The notes below the pieces were generated by a model. That model made no database searches and was not told the origin of the DNA. It saw only the letters and a program-made list of their open reading frames with translations. A stretch of 64,000 nucleotides of DNA, from the NCBI GenBank assembly GCA_963662315.1, contig OY759353.1:224001-288000 (forward strand), in the 5' to 3' direction. Source of the stretch: Geopsychrobacteraceae bacterium (lineage in GTDB: Bacteria; Desulfobacterota; Desulfuromonadia; Desulfuromonadales; Geopsychrobacteraceae). Both the position numbers and the translations under genes were made by a program. Shown in pieces: positions 20,588 to 30,418 of the stretch (position 1 is its first letter; every line of letters starts with the position of its first letter).

Positions 20588-20917
20588 ATGATAACAGTCA
20601 AAGCAGATCAGGGACAGATATATGACGCACCTAAGCATAGTGGTGTCTTTGGTCTTCAGAAAATTACTGAAGCTGATACTGAGCGAGTTACGGTCAATTA
20701 TTCGATTTTCTTACCAGATGGCGGGGCGGAATTGTGTTCTTCTCCAAAGGAACGAATTTACTACATTGTCAGTGGGAGCATGAAAGTCACTGGTGACAGT
20801 GAAGAACACATTCTGGAGACTGGGGATATGATTTACATCGCTCCTGGTGAAAAGCGTGAAGTGACACTGCTTGGTCACAAAGCCTGTGAATCTTTGGTGT
20901 TTATCGTTACCCCCTGA
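20588..20917 (+). CDS. Cupin-domain protein
   Basis: ERIYYIVSGSM...LETGDMIYIAPGEKR cupin barrel motifs; the usual His ligands are not evident. Confidence 0.8.
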   Translation: MITVKADQGQIYDAPKHSGVFGLQKITEADTERVTVNYSIFLPDGGAELCSSPKERIYYIVSGSMKVTGDSEEHILETGDMIYIAPGEKREVTLLGHKACESLVFIVTP

Positions 20918-20927
20918 AAGGTTGTAG

Positions 20928-21905
20928 GTGAAAACAATGAACACTTCTGAGATCAACACCATCGCCGTTTTGGGGGCCGGGACCATGGGCGTCGGAATTG
21001 CTCAATCTTTCGCGCAAGCTGGCTTTGAAGTCCATCTTTACGATATTAATTCCCGGGCTCTTGCGGCTGCTCATGGGCTGGTTCGGGCCAATCTTGAAAC
21101 TCTGGAAAAACACGGTTTAAGTCAAAGAGATGAAAGAGAAAGGATAATTAACCGAATTCTTTGTTTCGATGACTTGGAACACGCCGTAAAAGGGGTTGAG
21201 CTGGTTACCGAATGTGTATTTGAAAAGAAGGAAATCAAACAAGAGGTTTTCGTAAAATTGGATGAGTATTGTTCTGCTGACACGATTTTTGCCAGCAATA
21301 CGTCCTATTTAAATATCTTCGAGGTCGTTCCTCCCGCACGACAAGAACAAACGGTCATCAGCCACTGGTTTGCGCCACCCCACATTATTCCTCTGGTAGA
21401 AATAGTCAAAGGTGAAAAATCGAGCCGCGAAACTGTTGAGTGTGTCAAAAGTTTACTTGAGAAAGTCGGGAAGACACCAATAGTTATGAATCGTTTCGTG
21501 CCTGGCTTTGCCATCAACAGGATTCTACGCATTCTTGGCCGGGAGATTTTCTTCCTGCTCGATAATGGTTATATGACGGCGGCCGATCTGGATAAAGCCG
21601 TCAAAGCGAGTATTGCGCCCCGGATGATGGTCCTTGGCCTGGTGCAGCGTTATGATTTTACCGGTCTTGATCTTAGTGCTGGGAATCTAAAAAATCCTGA
21701 TTATTTAGAACCTCCTATTGATAATAGTCCCAAAAGCTTACTTGATCTTGTTGATGCTGGAGATCTGGGTTTTAAAACCGGCCGCGGTTTCTACGACTAC
21801 ACTCAGAAGGCCCCAGTTGAGATTCTTGCTGATCGCGATGATAGTCTGATACGGATTCTTTTGGCCGGGCGTGAAACTAAACCGGTTGGGGACGCTAGAG
21901 ATTGA
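20928..21905 (+). CDS. 3-hydroxyacyl-CoA dehydrogenase family protein
   Basis: GAGTMGVGIA, ASNTS, HWFAPPHIIPLVE, GFAINRI, GFKTGRGFYDY. Confidence 0.92.
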   Translation: MKTMNTSEINTIAVLGAGTMGVGIAQSFAQAGFEVHLYDINSRALAAAHGLVRANLETLEKHGLSQRDERERIINRILCFDDLEHAVKGVELVTECVFEKKEIKQEVFVKLDEYCSADTIFASNTSYLNIFEVVPPARQEQTVISHWFAPPHIIPLVEIVKGEKSSRETVECVKSLLEKVGKTPIVMNRFVPGFAINRILRILGREIFFLLDNGYMTAADLDKAVKASIAPRMMVLGLVQRYDFTGLDLSAGNLKNPDYLEPPIDNSPKSLLDLVDAGDLGFKTGRGFYDYTQKAPVEILADRDDSLIRILLAGRETKPVGDARD

Positions 21906-21947
21906 GGCACAAATGTCCATAAATCACCATTTGTTAAGGAGATAGAT

Positions 21948-22796
21948 ATGTACGCAAAACTACCGAAAGATAAAGTGATTATTACCGTAGCCCAGACCGG
22001 CGCTCTGGTAACCAAAGCGATGAATCCAAACGTGCCTGAGCAGCCTGAAGAAATCATCAAATCGGCCGAAGAATGTCGTGAAGCGGGTGCTGCTGTTGTT
22101 CATATTCATGCGCGTGATAAAGATGGTCAGAATACCTCTGATCCGGTCATCTTTAAACAGATCAAAGATGGTATCCGCGCCAAGACCGATCTGGTCATTC
22201 AGTTCAGCACTGGTGGCGGACCTAATCTGACCCAGGAACAGCGCATTGAATGCCTCGATGCGGAGCCTGAACTGGCCTCGTTAAACATGGGTACCATGAT
22301 GCGCACCAGTGGTCAGTATAAAGGGGTTGCCTGGTCCAACATGCCGGATGAAATTGAGTATTATCTGCAGCGCATGATGGATAAAGGGATCAAGCCGGAA
22401 ATGGAAATTTACAACCTGGCCATGTTCCGTGAAGTCAATGACCTGATCAAAAAAGGTCTGGTCAAGCCCCCTTTTTATATCAATCTGGTGCTTGGTATGC
22501 GCTATCAGGGAGCCTGCGATTCAACGCCAAAGATTCTCACGACTTTACTGGATCATATGCCGGACGGTGCATATTTCAATAGCACCAATATTGGTCCTGC
22601 TCAGAACCCCATGTCAACCATGGCAATGATCATGGGCGGTGGTATCCGTGTAGGTTTGGAAGACAACATCTATTACAGCAAAGGGCGACTGGCCACGAAC
22701 GTTGAACTGGTACAGCGAGCCGTGCGGATTGCGCGTGAACTTGGTAAAGAGCCGGCGACACCGGATGAAGCGCGCGAAATATTGGGAATCGGTTAA
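21948..22796 (+). CDS. Beta-keto acid cleavage enzyme (BKACE / Kce / DUF849 family)
   Basis: IITVAQTGA, GAAVVHIHAR, STGG, PEMEIYN, RVGLEDNIY. Confidence 0.92.
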   Translation: MYAKLPKDKVIITVAQTGALVTKAMNPNVPEQPEEIIKSAEECREAGAAVVHIHARDKDGQNTSDPVIFKQIKDGIRAKTDLVIQFSTGGGPNLTQEQRIECLDAEPELASLNMGTMMRTSGQYKGVAWSNMPDEIEYYLQRMMDKGIKPEMEIYNLAMFREVNDLIKKGLVKPPFYINLVLGMRYQGACDSTPKILTTLLDHMPDGAYFNSTNIGPAQNPMSTMAMIMGGGIRVGLEDNIYYSKGRLATNVELVQRAVRIARELGKEPATPDEAREILGIG

Positions 22797-22821
22797 TATA
22801 TGCCTGACAGTGGGGAAAAAA

Positions 22822-23595
22822 ATGATTAAGAAAAATATTTTCAGTCTTGAAGGTAAAAATGCAGTTGTCATTGGTGGCGCTGGAGGAATTGGTCAAGGTA
22901 TTGCCCTTGGAATGAGTGAGGCGGGAGCCAGACTGATTCTGGCTAGTCGGAACATCAAAGCCTTGGAAGAAACCGCGCAGGGAATCAAGATGGCCACAAG
23001 CAACCCTGTTGATGTCTGTGTGGTTGATGTTTCCAGTGAAAAAAGTATGGATGAACTGGTTTCCTTTTCTGAACAGACCTTTGGTCGTATTGATATCCTC
23101 GTCAATGCCAGCGGTTTGAACATTAAAAACAGCGCCTTCGAATACCCGATGGAAGACTTTGACACCATCTTTTCCGTCAATGTCAAAGGGACGATGGTGG
23201 CTTGTAAAAAATTTGGCAAGATAATGAAAGAACAGGGTGGTGGCAGCATTATCAATCTGTCATCGGTGCGTGGAATTCGTGGTTACGGAGGTGGTAACTC
23301 CGCTTATTGTGCAACAAAAGGTGCTGTAGAGTTAATGACCAAAGCGCTGGCGATTGAGTTTGCACCATACAATATCCGGGTCAATGCGCTGGGACCGGCA
23401 TTAGTTATTACTCCGGGGACGGTGCATATCAAAAACAACCCTGAATTAGCGGAAAAATACCGGTCTATTGTCCCTCTTGGCCGCATTGGTGAAGCTGAAG
23501 ATATGGTCGGTGCGACGGTGTTTATGGCATCAGATGCAGCATCTTTTGTGACAGGGCAGACCATATTTGTCGATGGTGGACTTACTGCCAGTTAA
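22822..23595 (+). CDS. Short-chain dehydrogenase/reductase (KduD/gluconate 5-dehydrogenase-like)
   Basis: GGAGGIG, YCATKG, VTGQTIFVDGG. Confidence 0.9.
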   Translation: MIKKNIFSLEGKNAVVIGGAGGIGQGIALGMSEAGARLILASRNIKALEETAQGIKMATSNPVDVCVVDVSSEKSMDELVSFSEQTFGRIDILVNASGLNIKNSAFEYPMEDFDTIFSVNVKGTMVACKKFGKIMKEQGGGSIINLSSVRGIRGYGGGNSAYCATKGAVELMTKALAIEFAPYNIRVNALGPALVITPGTVHIKNNPELAEKYRSIVPLGRIGEAEDMVGATVFMASDAASFVTGQTIFVDGGLTAS

Positions 23596-23825
23596 TGGAA
23601 TGTTTTAAAGTTTTTCAACTTCGGTAGCACGAGGTGGGCTAACTGATTGCCGGCGCAGGGCAGAGCCCCTGTGTCGGCCTCATTAACCGAGAGAATAAGG
23701 CTCTAAGTGGATTGTTCCCCCATTTCATATGATTACGGAAAGGAATCAGTGTTGTGATTGTGGTTGTTTGAAAAAAAAGAAATTCTCATCTCTGCAAAGA
23801 TTCTAAAACGGACAGGAGTGATTAT

Positions 23826-24803
23826 ATGAAGTTTCCTGAATCTAGGCCGCGTCGTTTACGTCAAAATAAATTTCTTAGAAATATGGTGCGGGAAACGCAC
23901 TTGCGTACGGACGATCTGATCTATCCGCTCTTCGCAATCTTTGGGAAAGATGTCAGGATAGAAGTTCCATCGATGCCAGGAATCTTCCAACAGTCCATTG
24001 AGCATGTTGTTGCAGAGGCAAAAGAGGTAAATGAGCTTGGTATTCCAGGCGTGATTTTGTTCGGCATCCCGGAAGAGAAAGATTCTCTCGGCAGGGGAGC
24101 TTATGCCGAAAACGGGATTGTTCAGGAAACTATTCGGGCCATAAAAGCAGTGGTTCCCGAATTGCTGATAGTGACTGACGTCTGCTTATGTGAATACACC
24201 TCCCATGGTCATTGCGGCATCTTGAAAGGTAATCAGGTTGATAATGACGTCACTTTGGAATTGCTCAGCGCAACAGCCTTATCCCATGTTCAGGCCGGAG
24301 CGGATATTGTTGCTCCATCGGATATGATGGATGGAAGGGTTGCCTCTATTCGCCAATGCCTGGACCGGTATGGCTATCAGAATGCGCCGATCATGAGTTA
24401 TGCCGTGAAGTATTCCAGTGCATTTTATGGCCCCTTTCGCCATGCTGCGGATAGTACGCCCCAGTTCGGTGATAGAAGTTCTTATCAGATGGACTCGGCC
24501 AACCGCCGGGAAGCCTTGAGGGAGGCGGCCCTTGATGTTGATGAGTGTGCTGATTTTCTCATGGTGAAGCCTGCTTTGGCATATCTCGATATTTTACGTG
24601 ACCTAAAAGAGCAGTTTCATCTCCCACTTGTTACGTACAATGTCTCAGGCGAATATTCCATGCTCAAAGCTGCTGCCGAAAAAGGGTGGATTGATGGAAA
24701 TCTTGCTATGATGGAAAGCCTTCTTGCCATGAAGCGGGCTGGTGCAGATGTAATAATTACCTACCACGCAAAAGAGGCTGCTCGTTTATTGAATTCAAAG
24801 TAG
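23826..24803 (+). CDS. hemB: Porphobilinogen synthase (ALA dehydratase), Zn-type
   Basis: RPRRLR, DVCLCEYTSHGHC, SDMMDGRV, FYGPFR, MVKPA, YNVSGEY. Confidence 0.96.
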   Translation: MKFPESRPRRLRQNKFLRNMVRETHLRTDDLIYPLFAIFGKDVRIEVPSMPGIFQQSIEHVVAEAKEVNELGIPGVILFGIPEEKDSLGRGAYAENGIVQETIRAIKAVVPELLIVTDVCLCEYTSHGHCGILKGNQVDNDVTLELLSATALSHVQAGADIVAPSDMMDGRVASIRQCLDRYGYQNAPIMSYAVKYSSAFYGPFRHAADSTPQFGDRSSYQMDSANRREALREAALDVDECADFLMVKPALAYLDILRDLKEQFHLPLVTYNVSGEYSMLKAAAEKGWIDGNLAMMESLLAMKRAGADVIITYHAKEAARLLNSK

Positions 24804-25037
24804 TCGTTAATCATTCCTCTATGATCCAAACTATTGAGGTTGAAGAGTTGCAGAGGGCCCACAAATAAAGTTATAGCTGGCCAGTGAGTTTCGTATGGGC
24901 GTTGTTACATTTGAGACGTTGCTCAAAGACGTTCATAACGCAATCAAAACGGTAGATGAATTAATGGATACCGTGAAAAATCGTAATAAAGATAGTATTG
25001 CCCATAAAATTTTGTAAGTTCTTACCGGATAAGAGGA

Positions 25038-25070
25038 GCAAAGCCGTAGGAAACACTCCGGCGGCTTTGC
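25038..25070 (-). terminator. Hairpin between convergent hemB and rhlE
   Basis: GCAAAGCCGT...GCGGCTTTGC inverted repeat. Confidence 0.55.
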
Positions 25071-25144
25071 CGTTTTGCCAGTTTTTTTGCCAGGCGAACT
25101 AGACGTCTGCAATAATGAATGAAAGCCCGATTGGTCCCGGTTCG

Positions 25145-26461
25145 TTATCCGTTGGCGGTGGACACTTGAATATCTGCAGGTTTATTCCCTTTATAACGCT
25201 GATTCCGCTGGTTACGGTTGTTGCGGTTCCCCAGCGACTTGGGGCTTCCCGGCTTACGGTTTCTACGATCTTTTTTACCGGTGGGGGCGGACTTTTCAGC
25301 TCGGGCCGGCTCTGCAACCTGGCTCGATGCGGAGACAAACCCGGGGATCGTTATTCTTGGCAACGGACGCTTCAGCAGTTTTTCAATATCATTCAGCAAC
25401 TTCTGTTCATCACCTGAGACCAGAGAAATGGCTTCTCCTTTGCACCCCGCACGACCAGTACGGCCGATACGGTGGACATAGTCCTCGGAGACATTGGGTA
25501 ACTCGAAGTTTACCACCTGAGGGAGTTGTTCGATATCAATGCCACGCGCAGCGATATCGGTGGCAACCAGAACCCGCACGGTGCCTTTTTTAAAATCATC
25601 AAGAGCTTTGGTGCGCGCGCCCTGGCTTTTATTGCCGTGAATCGCAGTGCTGCTGATCCCATCCTTGCCAAGTTGTTCAGCCAGGCGGTTTGCGCCGTGT
25701 TTGGTGCGGGTGAAGACCAGAACCTGATTCCAGTTATTGGTTGTAATCAACTGGGAGAGCAGGGCGCGTTTTTGCGCCTTCTCGACCAGATGGACAGACT
25801 GGCTTACTCCTTCGGCCGTGGTATTCTGACGCGAAACTTCAACCACTGAAGGCTTATTGAGCAGCCTATCGGCCAGTTGCTTTATTGCGCTTGAGAACGT
25901 GGCAGAAAATAGCAGGGTCTGGCGTTGTTTTGGCAGCAGTGCCAGTATTTTTCTGATATCACGGATAAATCCCATGTCGAGCATCCGGTCGGCCTCATCC
26001 AGTACTAGAATTTCAATCTGGCTTAAATCCAGAGTTTTTTGATTGATGTGATCCAGCAGCCGTCCCGGAGTTGCGACCAGGATATCGACACCTTTATTGA
26101 GGATCTTGATCTGTGGACGGATGCCGACCCCACCAAAAATGATCGTTGACCGTAGCGGTAAATATTTGCTGTAAGCACACACATTTTCACCAACCTGAGC
26201 TGCAAGTTCCCGGGTTGGGGTAAGGATTAACGCACGTACCGGACGCTTGCTTTTGACAGGCTGAGTCGCCTCTAAACGTTGCAGTAGCGGCAAGGTAAAT
26301 CCTGCTGTTTTGCCGGTGCCTGTCTGGGCCGCAGCCAGGAGATCGCCACCATTGAGCACAACGGGGATCGCCTGGGTTTGGATAGGGGTAGGTTTGCTGT
26401 AGCCTTGTTCGGATACAGCACGAAGCAGTTCGGTCGAGAGACCGAGGTCGTTAAAAGTCAT
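25145..26461 (-). CDS. rhlE: DEAD-box RNA helicase (RhlE-like)
   Basis: [36 protein letters not shown], basic tail. Start placed at ATG 26461 (MTFNDLGL). Confidence 0.92.
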   Translation of the reverse strand: MTFNDLGLSTELLRAVSEQGYSKPTPIQTQAIPVVLNGGDLLAAAQTGTGKTAGFTLPLLQRLEATQPVKSKRPVRALILTPTRELAAQVGENVCAYSKYLPLRSTIIFGGVGIRPQIKILNKGVDILVATPGRLLDHINQKTLDLSQIEILVLDEADRMLDMGFIRDIRKILALLPKQRQTLLFSATFSSAIKQLADRLLNKPSVVEVSRQNTTAEGVSQSVHLVEKAQKRALLSQLITTNNWNQVLVFTRTKHGANRLAEQLGKDGISSTAIHGNKSQGARTKALDDFKKGTVRVLVATDIAARGIDIEQLPQVVNFELPNVSEDYVHRIGRTGRAGCKGEAISLVSGDEQKLLNDIEKLLKRPLPRITIPGFVSASSQVAEPARAEKSAPTGKKDRRNRKPGSPKSLGNRNNRNQRNQRYKGNKPADIQVSTANG

Positions 26462-26662
26462 GAATGAATATGAACTCCGAAAGTGGAACCGGCCCATCCG
26501 ATGAGTCAACAAAGGAACGGTCTGTAGGCTGGAAATTCTTGAGGGTGTCAGGGGAATCGCTAAAAGAAACTACCAGGAACACTTACGTGCCGACCGATGG
26601 GCACCGAGAATTAATGCATAATAAAGAACCTGTTCTTTAAATGCAAGACATATTGATTTTAT

Positions 26663-26800
26663 TTAGGTTTGCTCAGTATCTTCAGGCTCAGAAGGTTGTA
26701 AGCCCTGTTCATTTTTGCGATTTTTTTTCTCTTCCTTTTTGGCTTTTTTGGCTATTTCTTTTTGCCGTTTTTCAAATCCGTAATTTGTTTTTCTTGCCAT
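26663..26800 (-). CDS. Small Lys/Glu-rich protein (45 aa)
   Basis: Hand translation MARKTNYGFEKRQKEIAKKAKKEEKKNRKNEQGLQPSEPEDTEQT; AAGGA upstream; same strand as flanking csp and rhlE. Below the ORF-track cutoff. Confidence 0.7.
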   Translation of the reverse strand: MARKTNYGFEKRQKEIAKKAKKEEKKNRKNEQGLQPSEPEDTEQT

Positions 26801-26876
26801 TCGACGATCCTTTTGATTTGTTTTTTAGCCATTGCCAGGCGGGGAGATGAGCACTGAGGTGAATACAATGCGAATA

Positions 26877-26911
26877 AAAAAAGGCCTCGCAATAAATACG
26901 AGACCTTTTTT
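26877..26911 (-). terminator. Intrinsic terminator downstream of csp
   Basis: AAAAAAGGCCTCG...CGAGACCTTTTTT imperfect stem with A/T tracts on both sides. Confidence 0.65.
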
Positions 26912-26930
26912 GAAATCAACAAATCCTGGG

Positions 26931-27131
26931 TTAAATCTTACGCACGTTTGCTGATTGGGGGCCTTTTTGGCCCTGGGTAACCTCAAAGCTTACGCGGTCG
27001 CCTTCACCGAGAGATTTAAACCCGTCACCCTGAATTTGGGAAAAGTGAACGAATACGTCAGCTCCATTATCCTGTTCGATAAAACCAAAGCCCTTTGAAT
27101 CGTTAAACCACTTCACTGTACCTTCTGCCAT
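26931..27131 (-). CDS. cspA: Cold-shock protein (66 aa)
   Basis: [18 protein letters not shown]...DVFVHFS (RNP1/RNP2). Confidence 0.95.
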   Translation of the reverse strand: MAEGTVKWFNDSKGFGFIEQDNGADVFVHFSQIQGDGFKSLGEGDRVSFEVTQGQKGPQSANVRKI

Positions 27132-27704
27132 TCTTTTCTCCATGTTCCTTAAGGAACCTGATTTGTTGTGTAAATATATTCTGCAGAAACGAAAAAACCA
27201 CATGCCCAATAGGGCCTGTGGTTTCAACCCAAATCGATACTTTTCAATCTGGGCGGCAGAAAAACTACACAAACTTTCTTAAGTTGTTGAAGCCTAACAT
27301 GATCAACTCAGAAATAGCAACCTTTAAATGCTTATAAAATAAAAAGAATTGTATTCGGTTTAGTTTTGAGAGCGTAATTCAACAAAATTTGCTTGGATTC
27401 TTGTGGTCCGGAAGCCTTTAACTTGGGTGCCAAAATGTAAACAATAAGCCTTTTCTCTAATTTTTATCTGGTATCTTTTGTTCTCGACTCCATGTAGTAT
27501 ATATCAAATATCCCTCGACATTCCTCTCTTGCATTTCCCATTCTTCACTTCTTTCGGAGATATTTTTACGGATTGGCGTGCTGAATGTTTCAATCGTATC
27601 TAGATATCAAGATGCGAAATTTCTATCACTTGCCCTGTAGACTCCGGCTATCTCCCTGGTTTTTATTGGACATTTGCTGCTGTTTCAGCAAAAGGAGTTA
27701 TGCT

Positions 27705-28130
27705 GTGTCTAAAACCGCTTTATCGGTTGGTAGCCAAATTGAAGTTCGTTGTCCCCGCTGTCGTAAAAATCGAGACCATGAAATCCTCTCTATGAAGGAT
27801 GGTCATGCAGATAAAGTTCAATGCACCCTTTGTAATCATCAGCGCAAATATCGGCCACCAGCGGTTCAGAAAACGGTTGAAGAAAGGTTGCTCATTAAAA
27901 ACACAGAAGCCAGACGGAGCCAAAATGCAACTCAGCGCAAACAATGGGAGACTTTGAGTCAAAGCATGGACCGCACTAAAGCTCTCCATTATTCCATGGC
28001 CGAGACATATAAAAGCAAAACTATTGTAGATCACCCGGTTTTTGGTCTTGGCCAAGTACAGCGTGTCCTTGGTTCTCAAAAGGTTGAGATACTCTTTGAG
28101 GATGGCGTCAAGATAATGCGTTGTAAATAA
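27705..28130 (+). CDS. Hypothetical protein with Zn-ribbon
   Basis: CPRC...CTLC and C-terminal HPVFGLGQV; GTG start after AAGGAG. Confidence 0.7.
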   Translation: MSKTALSVGSQIEVRCPRCRKNRDHEILSMKDGHADKVQCTLCNHQRKYRPPAVQKTVEERLLIKNTEARRSQNATQRKQWETLSQSMDRTKALHYSMAETYKSKTIVDHPVFGLGQVQRVLGSQKVEILFEDGVKIMRCK

Positions 28131-28187
28131 ACTGTTAATGTATGAATCCCTTTGCGGGATGAACCCATCCAAAAGGAATAATTTACA

Positions 28188-28400
28188 ATGGCCATTTGCG
28201 AACAATGTAAAGACTTGGCGGATAAAAAAAACCGTACCAAACCCCACGAACTGTTGAGAAAAATCGATGAAGCCCGGATTTTTGTCGGGGCTGGTTCTCG
28301 AGGATACGAAGAACAGGATTACCAGTGTCTGAAATGCCAGGCAAAGTTTACCTGCAGTACGGATAAAAATGATCTGCCCTGGACCCTGTGGCAAGGGTGA
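28188..28400 (+). CDS. Small Cys-containing hypothetical protein
   Basis: CEQC...CLKC; AAGGA upstream. Confidence 0.7.
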   Translation: MAICEQCKDLADKKNRTKPHELLRKIDEARIFVGAGSRGYEEQDYQCLKCQAKFTCSTDKNDLPWTLWQG

Positions 28401-28739
28401 TTCATCATTTTTAGTAAAATATTCCGGGGGGAGGGAGCGCAGGTTGAGAATAGGGAGGGCATAGATCCAAGCAGGAGATGCCGTTCTTAAATCAGAGCGC
28501 GGGTCACCGACGGATATTGAAGCCGCAGGGAGAATGCTCCCCGCGTATGGCTGTTTTTCGTTTCATGGCCAATAATAAAGGTTTAGCTCCTGAGATATCT
28601 CAATGGGAAACCGATGGAATCCTGTCGGTTGGAAGAGTCACGCGAAGCGGTCGTACTCAAACGAAATGGTCTCCGAGAACCCGGCGTGATTCATTCAATC
28701 CTTCTGAGCATTGAGCATGCCTATTCAATAAGAAGCCAT

Positions 28740-29543
28740 TCACGTTGCCCTTTGCCCACTGCCTTTCAAATATGCGAGTAAAGGTTTCATCCCTATAATC
28801 GTCAATACCGCGGTCGCAACTGCAAACCCGATTAACGTTCCCCGAATTACACCGTATCGAGGATAGGCCAAGGATACCGTCAGGGAGTAGGCGATTACGG
28901 ACCACAGTCCGTAGGGGAAATTTTTAAGGAGAATTTGTGCCGTCTCAGGTCCATGCTTCCGATGTAACAGGAACACCAGTGGGAAAAGAGCTACAGGGAA
29001 CGCAGAAAAGATCCCGGCCCAACCAGGACCCAGGATAAACGCAATCTCAGTCACGAAAAGAACGAGTGACGCTGTGAATATCAGTCTTCCGGTTACCATA
29101 CGGACAGACCAGGCCTGAGAAACAACGGTCTGTGTGACCTTGATCCCACGAAACAGGATGCAAAATAGTATCGTAGCGGTTATGGCGAGGATCAGAGCGG
29201 TCAGCCTGGTCGGATTTGTTTGACTAACCACGAAGGCCGGCACAAAATACCCGGCAATAGCCGTCATAGAGGTCACCACCAAAGATGCATTTCTCTGTGT
29301 CATTCGGTAATAGGTGTAAGCAAAGCACTGTGTTGCAAGCAGCCCGCAGAGATTGAATATTGCCGAGTCTGCGGCGAACTGGGAGCCATATTCAAGACCG
29401 TAAAAATGCAGAATTATCGCGGTGCCTATGGGATAGCCCGATAACAGTCCTGCCAGTCTGGTACTGAATTTCTCGGCAATGAATGACAGTCCGAGAACTG
29501 CCAACATCGTGATGCTGATTTTGTAAAGCAGTAATGCCGTCAT
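28740..29543 (-). CDS. Polytopic membrane protein of unknown function
   Basis: About 8 hydrophobic segments with an internal repeat (LAGLLSGYP / WAGIFSAFP); GAGG upstream. Confidence 0.75.
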   Translation of the reverse strand: MTALLLYKISITMLAVLGLSFIAEKFSTRLAGLLSGYPIGTAIILHFYGLEYGSQFAADSAIFNLCGLLATQCFAYTYYRMTQRNASLVVTSMTAIAGYFVPAFVVSQTNPTRLTALILAITATILFCILFRGIKVTQTVVSQAWSVRMVTGRLIFTASLVLFVTEIAFILGPGWAGIFSAFPVALFPLVFLLHRKHGPETAQILLKNFPYGLWSVIAYSLTVSLAYPRYGVIRGTLIGFAVATAVLTIIGMKPLLAYLKGSGQRAT

Positions 29544-29911
29544 GAATATGACCTCGATATTTCTTCGATAACGCGCATGTCAGCGCTTCTCAGGGGGATC
29601 AAAGATCGCAACATCCACTTTAGGTCTTTGTCAGAAGAATGGATGATGTTAATGGGATCACCTTACTTCGACTCGTTCAATAATCAGCATTTAACATGTT
29701 GTTCGGAAGTTTGGAACATTTTTAATTATCGGCAGTTATATAGGCGAAGGGGAGCTCTTGTTTCGGCCTTTCCGACAAGTTGCTTGTTTGCCCGTTTCGC
29801 GATAATATTCAGAAACATAAAACACGAGCCCAATACCAATGCCAGCCTTTATCCTGCGCTGGATGGCAGAGCTTGTAGGTTTTTGAACTGTTTAATTTAA
29901 TAAGAGGACCC

Positions 29912-30418
29912 ATGCCAAAAGATAACATTAAAGACTCACTTGAAATCCGAACAATGACTATTGATGACCTGGCAAGAGTTTTTCACCTGGGAGAACAACT
30001 CTTCACCTCCGACTTTTCACCCAGTATGTATCGAACCTGGGATGAGTACGAAATTACTACCATGTTCAATTCCGACAGTGAGCTGTGCCTGGTTGCGGAA
30101 CTGGACGGCAAGGTATGTGGGTTTGCCCTCGGCACCACGGTAGAAAAACATCATTCTTCGTGGAAATATGGCTATCTGGTCTGGATTGGTGTCCAGCCCG
30201 GTTTGCATAAAAGCGGAGTCGGTGCCGAGTTATTCAACGCCATTAAAGAACGCATGACCGAACAGGGAGTCAGGATGATGTTGATTGATACTGACGCCGA
30301 TAATAAACAGGGGATAAATTTTTTCAAAAAACAGGGCTTTGACAATATCCAGCAGCATGTTTATATGACCTTGAATATGTCGAAAAAATCCAAAAAACGG
30401 AAGCGGGCTAAATCATGA
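29912..30418 (+). CDS. GNAT-family N-acetyltransferase
   Basis: VQPGLHKSGVGAEL acetyl-CoA loop, NKQGINFFKKQGF. Confidence 0.88.
   Translation: MPKDNIKDSLEIRTMTIDDLARVFHLGEQLFTSDFSPSMYRTWDEYEITTMFNSDSELCLVAELDGKVCGFALGTTVEKHHSSWKYGYLVWIGVQPGLHKSGVGAELFNAIKERMTEQGVRMMLIDTDADNKQGINFFKKQGFDNIQQHVYMTLNMSKKSKKRKRAKS

Noticed and set aside
29577..29900. 107-aa ORF or riboswitch upstream of the GNAT gene
   Set aside because: It spans a divergent promoter region with no protein motifs, and I could not match the weak hairpin near 29840-29870 to any riboswitch consensus.
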